Origin: Eledone cirrhosa
Lineage: Eukaryota
Length of the DNA stretch: 64,000 nucleotides
Direction of reading: 5' to 3'
Assembly (NCBI GenBank): GCA_964016885.1
Contig: OZ024742.1
Coordinates: forward strand, 227,416,001-227,480,000
The translations under genes were made by a program, and so were the position numbers. The stretch's first letter is position 1. Each line of letters starts with the position of its first letter. Of the stretch, positions 1 to 13,041 are shown one piece after another. Under the pieces are notes generated by a model, which saw only the letters and a list, made by a program, of their open reading frames with translations, was not told the DNA's origin and searched no databases.

Positions 1-675
1 AAATTCCATTGCAAAATACCTCTATAATAAGCGCCATCCATTCTTCCTTCTATTATTTCAATATTTCCTACACCTGTGGCACTAAAGCAACCCCAGACCA
101 TGACTGATCCACCTCCAAATTTTACAGTTGGAATAGTATTCTTCAGCGAATATTCAGTACCTTTCTTTCTCCAGACTTTTGTCACAGCATTTCGACCAAA
201 AAGTTCAATTTTTGTTTCGTCTGACCAAAGTACATCTTCCCAAAATGACGCAGGTTTGATGAGATGCTCATTTGCAAAGTTTAATCGACGAAGAACGTGT
301 TTCCTCGTAAGAAGTGGTGTTTTCCTTGGAGACCTCGAGAAGATATCATATCGATGTAGTGAACGACTAATTGTATCTGCTCACTTTTACTCCACTTTCT
401 TCTAGGTCATCCTAAAGATTTTAATGAGTACACCGGGGTTCGTTGCCAACCTTTCTCGTCAATAACCGAGCTGCACGTTCCGTTATCTTTCTAGGACGAC
501 CAGAACTAATTAGAGGACAGATGGAATGATGAGATTTCCAGTGACGAATTATAGTACTAACTGAACTCAATGGCACATTTAACTGACAAGATATCTTTCT
601 ATAACCAACACCATTTGTATGAAGGTCTACAATGCGTTTACAGAGGTCTTGATCAATCAGTTTATTTTTCCCCAT
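1..675 (-). pseudogene. Tc1 transposase, disrupted
   Basis: Minus translation gives MGKNKLIDQDLCKRIVDLH...GYRKIS...SGRPRKIT (paired-like HTH with GRPR). After a disruption it continues RKTPLL...[16 protein letters not shown]...[17 protein letters not shown] (first D of the DDE triad). Confidence 0.93.
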
Positions 676-1030
676 ATTGTCAATGTTTACAGGATGGTTG
701 TCAGACAAATAATGACGTAATGTTTTTAATAGTCCTTAGAAGTTACCTTAAACCTAATCTAGAACATTCTACTGAATTTTAAATCTGAAAATTTAAGAAT
801 TTTCTTGAAAAAAAGCGATAAATATAAAATGTGTTGTAAACTTTTGCGTTATAAAAATATTGATTTTTCTTCATGAGTTATTTCCTTGTTATTTTTTTTA
901 AAATATGATTGTATCATTAAATGCCTCACTATATGTTCTATCAGTAGTTACATTTTCATTACCCTAACTTTATTAAAAATACCTAAAACCGCATTTTTCC
1001 TAATGTGTTGTAAACTTTTGCGGGGCATTG
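1..1030 (-). mobile_element. Tc1-family DNA transposon, IR/DR type, left part (runs off window start)
   Basis: Terminus reads CAATGCCCCGCAAAAGTTTACAACACATT on minus from 1030, next to TA. An inner direct repeat of the same binding motif lies at 828-848. The transposase is internal. Confidence 0.92.
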
Positions 1031-1061
<31 letters not shown>

Positions 1062-1068
1062 ATAATAT

Positions 1069-1146
<78 letters not shown>

Positions 1147-1200
1147 CACACACACATACACATATATATATATACAGTGCCCCGCAAAAGTTTACAACAC

Positions 1201-1508
<308 letters not shown>

Positions 1509-1990
1509 TGTGTGTGTGTATAAATAAGGCCTCCAATTACCCAAACCTGAATGTGAATACATCTAGAACAAACCAAAGCTATCCACAATTTCAAGCAAAC
1601 ATAACTCATAAAGCCACATACGACCTCACACAACAGTCACCCACCACATAAGGAAAGTAAACCATACTCGACCTTCTAAACCACACCCCAACCTTCCCGG
1701 CAAAACAACCGCCGACCTGCCACAATACTGGTGTGGGGATGACGGATGTCATAAGGCTGCAACCGTCGAGTTACGTAGTTCAATGAAATAATCTGTAATA
1801 TATAAGGAATTACACCAGTCCAGCCTCCTGCTATTTTATAATAATTAACTCCGTACTCCCACCACCAACTACACAAACGAAGACGGGGGAGTTGCATTAC
1901 GTTGGGTGCTCTCCATAATATTACATCGGGGTTGACCATACGGAATGACCAATTCTATCCAGTGGTAAACCAACAAACCTAAATAAATAA

Positions 1991-2033
<43 letters not shown>

Positions 2034-2057
2034 AACATATACATATATATGTGTGTG

Positions 2058-2139
<82 letters not shown>

Positions 2140-2336
2140 AACATATATGCCCTACATATATTCTTTTACATTCGTTTACACACACACACACACATATATA
2201 CACACACATGACTGACTTCATATCATGCTCTTATTTGCTCCTTTATTTTATATATATAAATTTAAATAACTCTTATAACGTGTACGTAACTGTCAAAAAT
2301 TAGTTTCACTTTTGAGACCGGCCGTTTTGACGTATG

Positions 2337-2424
<88 letters not shown>

Positions 2425-2487
2425 AAAAAGTATGACCCCAACGGCTATTGGTTATGGTCCATCTGGTTCCTTACCACTATTCCTACG

Positions 2488-2549
<62 letters not shown>

Positions 2550-3584
2550 TCATTTGATTTATTGATTTATTGATTTTTTATCTGAGTGTCCCGAATCTTC
2601 CAGATCGCAACTTTTCGATCGTACGGTTGATTATAGACTTGTTCTATGTGTGACGGTATTTTAACGATAGTTATAGCTCTGATTTATCTAAATTATGGAG
2701 CCCTCTGCCGCTCATATCGAATTTTGTTTATCGTGAACTTGTGCGCCGATTTTTCGATACTCGATTATTCTACTATATATATATATATATATATATATAC
2801 ATACATACACATTCAAACATATATATGTGTGTGTGTGTGTGTATAGGCAGGCTATTTCTAGTTACCCTGTACTCATTGCTCAACAATCCAATCTCTTTAG
2901 TGTCGGTTTATAAGACTGGAGGAGGGGCGGTGGAATATATACTTCAAAGTCTATTCGAAGTGTAATGATATTTATGTATTCACAGGATACAAACAGCAGC
3001 GCACGTCCACTTAAACATGTCGTCTGTTGAAACTTTCTCTCTCTGCTTCATTACTGTTGAGTTTATATAATATAACAGAGCCTGTGTGATGTGATGTATG
3101 TGTGTATATATATATATAATATGTATATTTAAGTATTATTATAGGAATTTCATTTCACGTGTTTATATAACGCAGCATGCGGTGCCGTGATATCTAAATG
3201 CATATATATATATATGTGTGTGTATGCTAACACACACACACACATACACACACATATATATAGAGAGAGATAGATAGATAGATGCTAAAGACATGTGGTG
3301 GTAGACCTCACCGAAGTTGAGTATTAATGAAGGCAACCTTCAACATACTATTCCTGAGATAACTTTCGGCAGACAGGATACCACAGATCTCAGTAGTTAG
3401 AAATAATATTCAATACATACATCAAATAATCGAAATAAAGCGAAGCCTTATTCAGAAATATGTCCTGATTAATTGGAAGCAGTGGCCCATAACTCCAGAT
3501 GGAGTCGTAAGGGCGCAGTGATATCATATAACGTCTCTTGGGCATTTTAAACATGGCTGATCTGAACACAACCGATTTCTTCCA

Positions 3585-3742
3585 CAGAGAGAGGAGGGAA
3601 TTGAGAAAGAGATATAAAGGAAGAGTATGAAAGGCTAAATTGACCTCGGCAGGATTTGGGCTGAGAGAGAGCAGAGAACCAAAACGAATACCGCAAATCA
3701 TTCTAACCGACGTTCTAATTGACTCTGCCAATTTGCCGCCTC
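3585..3742 (-). mobile_element. tRNA-derived SINE, diverged
   Basis: Minus strand reads ggcggcaaattggcagagtc...aaatcctgccgaggtcaatttagcctttcat, matching the SINE family clustered at 57.6-58.85 kb. Confidence 0.7.
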
Positions 3743-3797
3743 ACTGAAAAACTACTTCACTGAATTAAGTCTCTTCTGGGCAACATGTAATCTGAGG

Positions 3798-4046
3798 CAG
3801 AGGTCCCTAACCACCGGGCTGCGGATCATTTGTTACCGAGCCGCAAAAAAATAATTAACTTGTTTAAAATTATATAATAGATAAATTGAATTTTGGACTT
3901 TAATTTTAGAAGATTTGTTTAGATATTCAATATTCATCTACTTTAATAAATTGCTCTTTTTATTATGCTCTCTTTATCGAAATGTACTTAAATAACACAT
4001 ATGTCCAATTACCGGTCCGTGGTATAAAAAAGGTTGGAAACCACTG
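3798..4046. mobile_element. hAT (Charlie-like) MITE with 8-bp TSD
   Basis: Ends CAGAGGTCCCTAACC and GGTTGGAAACCACTG are imperfect TIRs. Flanks ATCTGAGG (3790-3797) and ATCTAAGG (4047-4054) form an 8-bp TSD with one mismatch. A similar lone end, CAGCGGTCGCCAACCT, lies near 59604. Confidence 0.8.
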
Positions 4047-4064
4047 ATCTAAGGAATACACTGA

Positions 4065-4135
4065 AGCCCAGCAAATGTCACCAGTGGTGTACAACAAGGT
4101 ACTGCGTTAGGACCCACTTCTTTTAATCTTTTATA
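4065..4135 (+). pseudogene. CR1/L2-type LINE reverse transcriptase fragment
   Basis: Translates as ANVTSGVQQGTALGPTSFNLF, matching the SGVPQGSVLGP RT motif. Confidence 0.7.
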
Positions 4136-4233
4136 AGTGATTCTTTGTGGGTCGCTAGGAGACTGAAGTGGGCACGTGTGTTAGGGTGAAGGAGGCAAAG
4201 GGGGCGCGTAATAAAGTTGTTAAACTGATGTAT

Positions 4234-4490
4234 ATCAACGATACCAACGACATCATCAACGATACCACCTCCAATGACGCTACCAACGACACCACCATCG
4301 ACACTACTAACGGCACTGCCAACGACTCCATCAACGACACCAACAATAATACCACCAACGACACCAACAATGTCACCAACAATGAGACTACAACTAATGA
4401 CACCACCAACGACATCACCAACGACATCACCAACGACATTATCAACGACACCACTAATCTTACCAAAGTCATCAACGCTATCGCCAATAT
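4234..4490. repeat. Degenerate 12-bp (ACCAACGACATC-like) tandem repeat
   Basis: Repeated caacgacacca/caacgacatca units; these explain the N/D/T-rich ORF. Confidence 0.75.
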
Positions 4491-5166
4491 TGTTAATGTT
4501 TTTGCATGTAAATCGATAAATAGACCGCGTGTTCTGAGTTTGCCAACTGATCTATGTGCAACGCATCTTCTAATGGTTTTCTGACAGCCGATCTTATTTC
4601 AATGTATTTACGAATGTTTTTGCTAATATAGTGTCACGATTCTTCCTGATATCAGTCGTTTGAACAAATAGTAATGTTATCCTCAGAGTTATAATTTAGG
4701 AATCTTTATCTCCTAATAACACACACACTCTTTACTTTCTGTATTGAGTATATTTCTCTTTGTTTGTATATAAAAATGTTCACAAATTAATCAATATGTG
4801 TGTGTGTGTGTGTGTGTGTGCACGCGTGAGTGTATGTGCGCGTTTGTGATGTATGCATGCATGCATATATACATACATACATTCATATATAGAAAGACAC
4901 ATACATATATATACACACATACATTTGTGATATATATATATATATATATATAAATTCAGCGAGAATCGCATTTCGGCGGGTAGAAAAAGCGAAACGAAAC
5001 ACAAACTCAGAGTTATGCTGGCAAGCGCTCAATAGTTAAAAAAACCAGAGCTAAACATATATGTTAAAACGCCATACAAAACTGAAAAGGTGGTCAAGAA
5101 GGCATTAACCACCTAAGCCAAAAAAAACAAGTCAAGCTAAACAGGTCAAACAAAATAAATGATAAA

Positions 5167-5217
<51 letters not shown>

Positions 5218-5615
5218 CCGACCTGGATCCATTGGAATTGATGGTAAAATCCAAATGCAGGGTTTCTATGACACCTAAATCTATAATACTGTCTGCTTAA
5301 AACTATAAGCTTTAGGTATAATGATCGAACAAGGAATATCAGGTTATCAACAGGTATTTTGCTCTGCACCAACTTTGTGAATGACGCAGAGCTTTGTAAA
5401 AGCACATGCGTAACTCTCAAGGGGAAAAACCCCAGGTTTTGGCAAATGAATTCAGTATGTGTAAATCATGCAAAAAATTGCATAAATAGCACAAATGGAA
5501 TAAGCTCTCGACCGGGTAGTTTTTAAATAAACTTATGCAATTAATCTGTCAATAGAATTATTAACAGGTTAATTGTAAGACACAACAGTTAGTTCCACAA
5601 CAGTTAGTTTACCAT

Positions 5616-5658
5616 ACCGAAAACAAATGTTTCACCTTATTCGGATCCTCAGCTCAGT
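5616..5658 (-). ncRNA. Degenerate minimal type I hammerhead ribozyme
   Basis: Minus: ACTGAG-CTGAGGA-TCC gaataa GGT-GAAA-CATTTG-TT-TTCGGT. Stem I has 6 bp with two G.U pairs and stem II is weak. It lies inside a short inverted repeat (5591-5613/5668-5690). Confidence 0.5.
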
Positions 5659-6081
5659 CTAGACCGAGGTGAACTAACTGGTGTGGAACTACTACTACTA
5701 CCAAACTCGTCCCATGGACCGAGTGCTCTACTACTACGGATATAGCCCACCAGTGTTCTACTATATATATACATATATATATATATATAAATATATGATA
5801 TAACTAGTCAGTCGAATAGTAAAATAGGTCGCTCCACCATCCATTTTTCTATAAAAAAAAGTATATCATACACAAAACCTAAGCATCAACAGTTTTCCAA
5901 GAGATGGCAACATGAATGGACCTGTTATTTTTCTCTAAAAATATTTTTTCCGTTTCCACCCTGCCCATGCCCATCCTTTCTAATTTTTCATTCTTTTTTC
6001 TGCTGAAAGACTAGCGTCCGCAACGTTTCGACCTTCTTCCTGCTATTTCAAGCGTTAAACTAGTATATTCTTCAGAATATA

Positions 6082-6324
6082 GTGTACATAGGTGAGACAG
6101 CTCGTAGTATAGGGGAACGGATAAATGAACACTGGCGAGACCTTCAAGATAGTAAAGAATCATCTGTACTCTGCCAACATGCTAAAATAGAACATAAGGG
6201 TAAATTAGAGAACATAGAAATAAAAATAGAATCTACACACAGAAAAGACGCAATGTTTAGACAAATCACAGAGGCAATAAACATAAATGAACTCCAACCA
6301 AAATTAAATAGAAAACATGAATGA
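6082..6324 (+). pseudogene. GIY-YIG endonuclease domain fragment of a PLE
   Basis: Has the YIG-ET-R..ER..EH motif, the catalytic E in ITEAI and the terminal P.LN typical of PLE endonucleases; 5' truncated. Confidence 0.9.
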
Positions 6325-6550
6325 AACAGCAACATCACAACTTACAATTAAGGACAAAATGAAAACACACACGCACATAGAACAAACAACCAACCAGTAA
6401 CATGTAAATAAACAAATAAATAAACAAATATAAACACACACAGACACCCGGATGTAACGCATGCGCAAACTAAGCACACAACACACACAAAAACAAGATG
6501 GCGTAGGACAGAACAAAGGAGAGGCACAAAAACAAAGAAAAGAATCCCCA

Positions 6551-6593
6551 GTCACTGAAGAGGTCACAGAATGTGTGACGAAAGAACTTTGAC
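6551..6593 (+). ncRNA. Minimal type I hammerhead ribozyme
   Basis: GTCA-CTGAAGA-G-GTCACA gaatg TGTGAC-GAAA-GAAC-TT-TGAC. Stem I is GTCA/TGAC, stem II has 6 bp and stem III is minimal; predicted CUU site. Confidence 0.85.
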
Positions 6594-6736
6594 AATATAT
6601 AAACAATCATCTGGTTGTGGAACCAACCAACCGGAAATTTATAAATTCCTAAATTTATAAATTTATTATAATAAATTGAAGTGAAAGCAACTGGTGCGTA
6701 TGTTTCTTATTGGTTGGCAACATGACCCCAAAGTAT

Positions 6737-6774
<38 letters not shown>

Positions 6775-6780
<6 letters not shown>

Positions 6781-7397
6781 GAAAAGTATAGAAATTATTG
6801 TGAGCAAGAAGCACACAGTATTTCATAATATATAAGTGACTATAGTGTCAAAATGGGAAGATAGTTAACGTAAGATGTGGGAAAAATAATTCAAACTCAA
6901 TTCAAAAAGAATCAGGATATAGATTCATCCACAGAATTTAGTGAAATCCAGGGAAAAATCAATAGAGCCTTAACTCAGAATAAAATAAAGTTTAAAATAC
7001 TCATCCTTCAATTTGGAAAAACTACAAATGCTCTGTATAGTCTTAAAAAAGACTATTTCACGAAACTTTCAGTGGGGATGGTCACGGTTGGAATCGATCA
7101 TCAGCAGAACTCAAAGACACGATAACCAAAGTGTCACTGTTTATAATATGCCAAAAAGGGAATTTAAAAGCAGGCTAGTTCAACATCATGCGTAATTATG
7201 AAAATAAACGCACATGTAGAGACAGGGCTGGTGACGTCAGAATGAGACGAATGTCTGTTTACATGAAATAACATTTACCCACTGGTAAATGAAATAATTG
7301 CCTTATGAAATAACAGTCAAAAACATTCCGAAGAAAACTCTACAATATAAGGAGTTCAGCAAAAGCAATATTATCGCGTTTATTTTTAAAAAAGACC

Positions 7398-7400
<3 letters not shown>
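6775..7400. mobile_element. ~600-bp (TA)n-flanked interspersed repeat (family F)
   Basis: Homologous copies at 43610-44197 and 56545-56850, all adjoining TA tracts. No coding motif recognised. Confidence 0.75.
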
Positions 7401-7430
<30 letters not shown>

Positions 7431-7435
<5 letters not shown>

Positions 7436-7705
7436 TAGAAAATATATAGCTTTCACCGTATTTTTTACTAAAGGAATTTTAGCCTGATAATGGGGTTTAG
7501 AACCCTCAGATAAATGGAAAAAGATGAGTATTGACGTACATGGGAGTCGAACCATGTACGTCAATGTACGTCAATACTCATCTTTTTCCATTTATCTGAG
7601 GGTTCTAAACCCCATTATCAGGCTAAAATTCCTTTAGTAAAAAATACGGTGAAAGCTATATATTTTCTAATTTCGAAACCTGCTCACTGTTTCAAAAAAC
7701 ATACT

Positions 7706-7710
<5 letters not shown>
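7431..7710. repeat. Fold-back element between TA tracts, 111-bp perfect arms
   Basis: 7431-7541 is the reverse complement of 7564-7674. There is a 10-bp tandem duplication (atgtacgtca) at the turn. Confidence 0.9.
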
Positions 7711-7758
<48 letters not shown>

Positions 7759-7838
7759 TAAATGGAAACTATATTTATAAAACCATAAGTTGTTTTAGAA
7801 AGTCCTTATTCTTAGGTAAAGGTATGTCTTTTAGAGAA

Positions 7839-7973
<135 letters not shown>

Positions 7974-8085
7974 TGCGTGCGTGTGTGTGTGAGTGTGTGT
8001 GTTTATCCCGGGTTCAATCGGGGGTAACCACAGTAAGTAAGGTACTCAATACATAGCAGAGTATAAATATTTAATATAGAAATGG

Positions 8086-8132
8086 CTTCTACAGAACTAA
8101 AACTGTTTCATTCGGAAGAAATCATCAGGAAA
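8086..8132 (-). ncRNA. Type I hammerhead ribozyme (family B copy)
   Basis: Minus: TTC-CTGATGA-tTTC ttcc GAAt-GAAACAG ttttagtt CTGT-A-GAA. The host element spans ~8005-8132 and ends in TA just upstream of the core. Confidence 0.7.
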
Positions 8133-8660
8133 TATATATAAGGCATAGCATGTCTCTACCTATTTTGTTATGTCCCAATGTGCACTGAAATGAAAGGTAT
8201 CGACCTAAATTAACCGAAACCGTAGTTATTTCTAGAGGTTGACTGAGATGGGACTGTCCGTCTTTCCGTTGTTGTTTTTCCATTGTCCAAGGTGCGCTCC
8301 CTATATATATATGCATATACACATACACACATATATATATATATATATATCTTTGCATACACACACATACACACACATATATATAAGAGAGATGTTTATT
8401 GGTTGGTTGGCGTCTTCGCGCATCACACAAAAACGAAAGCTGTGGAATAATGGTATACTCAGGAAGATTTATTGATACTCATTTTATAAAATCAAAGTGA
8501 CAAACCATCCGTAAGGGATTTTCTCTGCCTTGTCAGCGATACTCGTGTTTCGCGACCAGCATCTCCATGGATTCGAACGCTGGTTTACACACACATACAC
8601 ATGTACACACACATACACACGCACACAAACACACGCACACACACACATTTTTATATAATT

Positions 8661-9065
8661 ATCTATATCTATATATAATATAAAAGATTGGAATTCAAAA
8701 TCCTTTTGAGAAACGTCTATGCAATGGCACACATTTAACAGTCAGGCGAATGGCGAACCATCTCCTAGAGGCCACTATTCTTGGAGGCTATCATCAAAGA
8801 AGCAATGCATTTATTCCCAAGATTCCTCTCATCCCTTTCTCTACCGAGCTGCCATTCAAATTCTCAAGACTTCAAGTTTTGCTATCACTATAAATAAAGC
8901 TCAGGGTCAGAGTCTCAAAGTTGTAGGATTGAATATGAGAGAATTGGTTTTTACCCATGGATAGTTATATGTAGGCTGTTCACGAGTGGGAGTAACTAGA
9001 AATCTTCGTATACTCTGCACGAACGGTAAAATGAAGAATATGGTGTATCTGGAAGATTTTTTACT
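8661..9065 (+). mobile_element. Helitron, internally deleted, with PIF1 helicase C-terminal remnant
   Basis: 5' end is TCTATATCTATATATAATATAAAAG. Translation FAITINKAQGQSLKVVGL...VFTHG*LYVGCSRV contains helicase motifs V/VI. Confidence 0.88.
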
Positions 9066-9108
9066 GTTTTTTTTTTTTGTTTTTTTTTGTCAAACACAAC
9101 TACACTAC

Positions 9109-9139
<31 letters not shown>

Positions 9140-9159
9140 AGAGAGAGAGAGAGAGAGAG

Positions 9160-9206
<47 letters not shown>

Positions 9207-9871
9207 ACACACAAACTCACACACTCACAAACACAAACATACACACAGACACACACACAGACGCGCGCGCGCGCACACACACACACACACACATACACAC
9301 ACGCGCGCACCCGCACATCAACCAGACAACGCACCCAGTACAGTCGTTTTCTCTTCTATCAGTCTTCTCTTATCATGGTGCCTCATATATCTATGTGGGG
9401 GTATATACTTATGTACATATGTGTAACCTATAAACACCCAAACCTCTATTCAAGTTTATCTATCAGATCTTGCTTCCTTCTTAAGTACGTCTTTTTATAT
9501 AACTTCACCCAAACGATTTCTATTTGGGAGAGTTTTCTGGTACAATCTGATATCTCATCTATTCTGGTACCTACACTCCTGTAAATTACAGGTGTGTATG
9601 TAGAACTTTAGAGGTGTAAGAACACAGAACACACTTCCTGTACCAATTACTTGAGTAGTTTTTACTTCCAATTCCCAAAGCATTGTTGTAGTCTTGATAA
9701 TTCTTACCTGTTTTACTGCGATGTTGATGTTGTTGTTGTTGTTGTTGTTTTTTTTTTGTTCCAAGTGTGGTTCACGTAAACAGATTTATTAACTGTTTCC
9801 GTCAACCCAATTTCACACACGGTGTTTTGACACTTACCCAATATGCACTACTATTACTGTTGCTGCTGTTG

Positions 9872-9934
<63 letters not shown>

Positions 9935-10083
9935 GGTAGAATAACAACCGAATTAATTTGAGTTCACTAATTAGTATTTTCAAAGATGACGTGATGGGCA
10001 CGGCTGGAACCCTTCTTCACATCCCTGGTCAATTCGGGCTGATCTAACATACAGAAATATGTCTCAAAGCAAACATTATACAT

Positions 10084-10932
10084 ACTAGCTGACGTACCCA
10101 GCTTCGCCCGGTTAAACAGATGATAAGAGAAGACAGGTAAAAGAAAAAATGACTGTATTGGATGTTTGTCTGGTTACAGTATGAGGCGAGTCCGTGATGT
10201 CTGTGTGATACAAAAAACAGTAAAAAAGATCTTCCAGATATACCAGATTCTTCGTTGTACGGGTTGTGCATAGTATATGAACAATTCTAGGTGCTCCCGC
10301 CTAGAATAGTGACCTCTAGGAGATGGTACATCTTCTGCCTGACTGTAAAACGTGTATCATTGCATAGACGTGGTTATTCCACGTTTCTCAAAAGGATGAT
10401 GGAAGTTCCAATCTTTTATATTATATGTAGATATAGATATAGATAATTAATATAAAAGATGATGCTCAGCCAGTTCGTCTTCAACAATCGCAGCACGCCG
10501 TCGCTGCTTGGCTCCAGTGTTTCGTTGGCGTTGTTCAGCCAGCTCCTCTTCATTCATGGCGGCACGTCTTCGCCTCTGAAGTTCGGCGGTCCGATGGCGT
10601 TGTTCAGCCCGTTTTTCTTCATTCCTGGCTGCACGCCGTCGCCGTTGTAGTTCACTGTTTGATAAAGTCGAATTGCTTTTACTTTCTGTGGAACGCTGTA
10701 CGCACGCACACACACATAAACATACGCGCACGTACATACGCACACACACATGGTTATAGTTACAGCGTTCACTTTACCTCTCTGTTTCTTACTCTCCCCT
10801 CATTGGCATTATGCATATTGATTTAAGTTTGGCGTCGTTGAGGTGGGCGGTGTCGTTTGAAACCTATGAACCAATGATAATCGAGAATTATGACACACGG
10901 AATACTGACACTGTTGAAATTAATATATAGAT
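10084..10932 (-). mobile_element. Non-autonomous Helitron(s), composite with two 5' ends
   Basis: 3' end on minus is CCGGGCGAAGCTGGG (hairpin) followed by CTAGT. 10084-10445 is homologous to 8661-9065 in the opposite orientation. A second TCTATATA 5' end lies at ~10932, followed by a remnant of ELQRRRRAAMNEEE repeats resembling Helitron N-termini. Confidence 0.8.
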
Positions 10933-11018
10933 ATACATTATATATATTATATACATTATACTTAGCATCCCTAATGTATATATATATATATATAATGTCT
11001 ATCTATCTACCCCCCCCC

Positions 11019-11061
<43 letters not shown>

Positions 11062-11065
<4 letters not shown>

Positions 11066-11228
11066 ATATAGAAAGGCTTCTACAAGACTACAACTATTTC
11101 ATTCGGGAGTAATCATCAGGAAACCCTGATGATTTCTCCCGAATGAAACAGTTCTAGTCCTGTAAAAGCCTTTCTATATTAAACATTTATACTCTGCTTT
11201 GTATTAAGTACCTTACTGTGGTTACCCC

Positions 11229-11230
<2 letters not shown>
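11062..11230 (+). mobile_element. Family B element with 5' fold-back turning just upstream of the hammerhead core
   Basis: Arms at 11062-11120 and 11125-11183. CTGATGA at 11126-11132, then TTC tccc GAA and GAAACAG...CTGTA. Flanked by TA tracts. Confidence 0.8.
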
Positions 11231-11301
<71 letters not shown>

Positions 11302-11529
11302 TAGAAGTGGTATTTAATTTGTTGGAAGTCCGACAAACATATATGTTTATAACTGATTTAGAGCACTCAACATTTACTGGAGTAAATATTCAATGATATT
11401 AAATAAATGGAAACTATATTTATATGGTTTTATAAATATAGTTTTATATATATGGTTTTATATATATGGTTTTATAAATATAGTTTTATATATATGGTTT
11501 TATAAATATAGTTTCCATTTATTTAATAT

Positions 11530-11580
<51 letters not shown>

Positions 11581-11666
11581 TAAGTTATTCCGGGTTGACT
11601 CGGGGGTAACCACAGTAAGTAAGTTACTCAATACGTAGCAGAGTATAAAAGTTTTAATATAGATGA

Positions 11667-11715
11667 GATTCTACAGGACTAGAACTGTTTCATTCTTTAG
11701 AAATCATCAGGAATC
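11667..11715 (-). ncRNA. Complete type I hammerhead ribozyme (family B)
   Basis: Minus: GATTC-CTGATGA-tTTC taaa GAAt-GAA-ACAG ttctagtc CTGT-A-GAATC. Stem I has 5 bp, stem III has 4 bp, GUA site. Confidence 0.85.
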
Positions 11716-11719
11716 ATAA

Positions 11720-11795
<76 letters not shown>

Positions 11796-11905
11796 AAGTA
11801 TAATATAACAATATCTGTTTTAAAAAATTATTTCGCATCAAGAATCTTGGAAAACAAATGCATAAACAAAATATATATACATGTGTGTGTGTGTTGTGTA
11901 TGTGC

Positions 11906-12003
<98 letters not shown>

Positions 12004-12407
12004 AGATAATGAAGTAGAGAGGTAGAGTAGTAAAAGACTCTCCCTCCGTGTCTTTCATCTTCAGTGACGTCAACATTTCCCAGCATGCAACAGCATCAAC
12101 AGCAGTAGCAGTAACAACAGTCACTTCCTCTACTTCGACAGATGGATGATTCATAGATATTTAATGGAGTGGGGGGGGGAAGGAAGAGATGGTGATGGTG
12201 GTGATGATGATGATGATGATGATGATGACGATGATGATGATAATAGTGGTGATGGCGGTGAAGATAGTACTAATGATGTTGGTAATGATGGTGATGGTGG
12301 TGGTGGTGGTGGTAGGGGTGATGTGATGGTGGTGGTGACGATGGCCACCACTATCATCACAATGCTTGCATTGATGGATGATCGCAAAAGCAACAATAAG
12401 CAGAACT

Positions 12408-12680
12408 GCATCATCACCGCACCTACCATCACCATCATCATCACCGCACCTACCATCACCATCATCATCACCGCACCTACCATCACCATCATCATCACCG
12501 CACCTACCATCATCATCACCGCACCTACCATCACCATCATCATCACCGCACCTACCATCATCATCATCATCACCGCACCTACCATCATCATCACCGCACC
12601 TACCATCACCATCATCATCACCGCACCTACCATCACCATCATCATCACCACATCTACCGTCACCATCACCATCATCATTT
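12408..12680. repeat. 21-27-bp minisatellite (catcaccgcacctaccatcaccatcat)
   Basis: About 10 tandem units; source of the ITAPTITII ORF. Confidence 0.85.
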
Positions 12681-12722
12681 TCACTTTCATCATCTTATAC
12701 ACACACACGCGCGCGCATATAT

Positions 12723-12756
<34 letters not shown>

Positions 12757-12795
12757 CTGTGTGTGTAAGTATATATATATATATATATATATACT

Positions 12796-12850
<55 letters not shown>

Positions 12851-12852
12851 AA

Positions 12853-12886
<34 letters not shown>

Positions 12887-13041
12887 TTACACACACATAT
12901 CTACATATATATATATATAGAATTTGTTGGAAGTCCGACAAATATAAATGTTTATAACTGATTTAGAGCACTCAACAGTGAATTTCCAACCGATAAGGTA
13001 TGTTTTTCATGTGTACGTCTCTATTTATAAAACAAACTTTG

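Larger units (their letters stand above)
6082..6745 (+). mobile_element. Penelope-like retroelement 3' fragment (GIY-YIG C-terminus, 3' region with hammerhead, ends in (TA)n)
   Basis: YIGETARSIGERINEH...EAININELQPKLNRKHE is followed by a hammerhead at 6551-6593 and a TA tract. Confidence 0.88.

Noticed and set aside
4168-4584. 138-aa N/D/T-rich ORF
   Set aside because: Explained by a degenerate 12-bp tandem repeat; the opposite strand is equally open.
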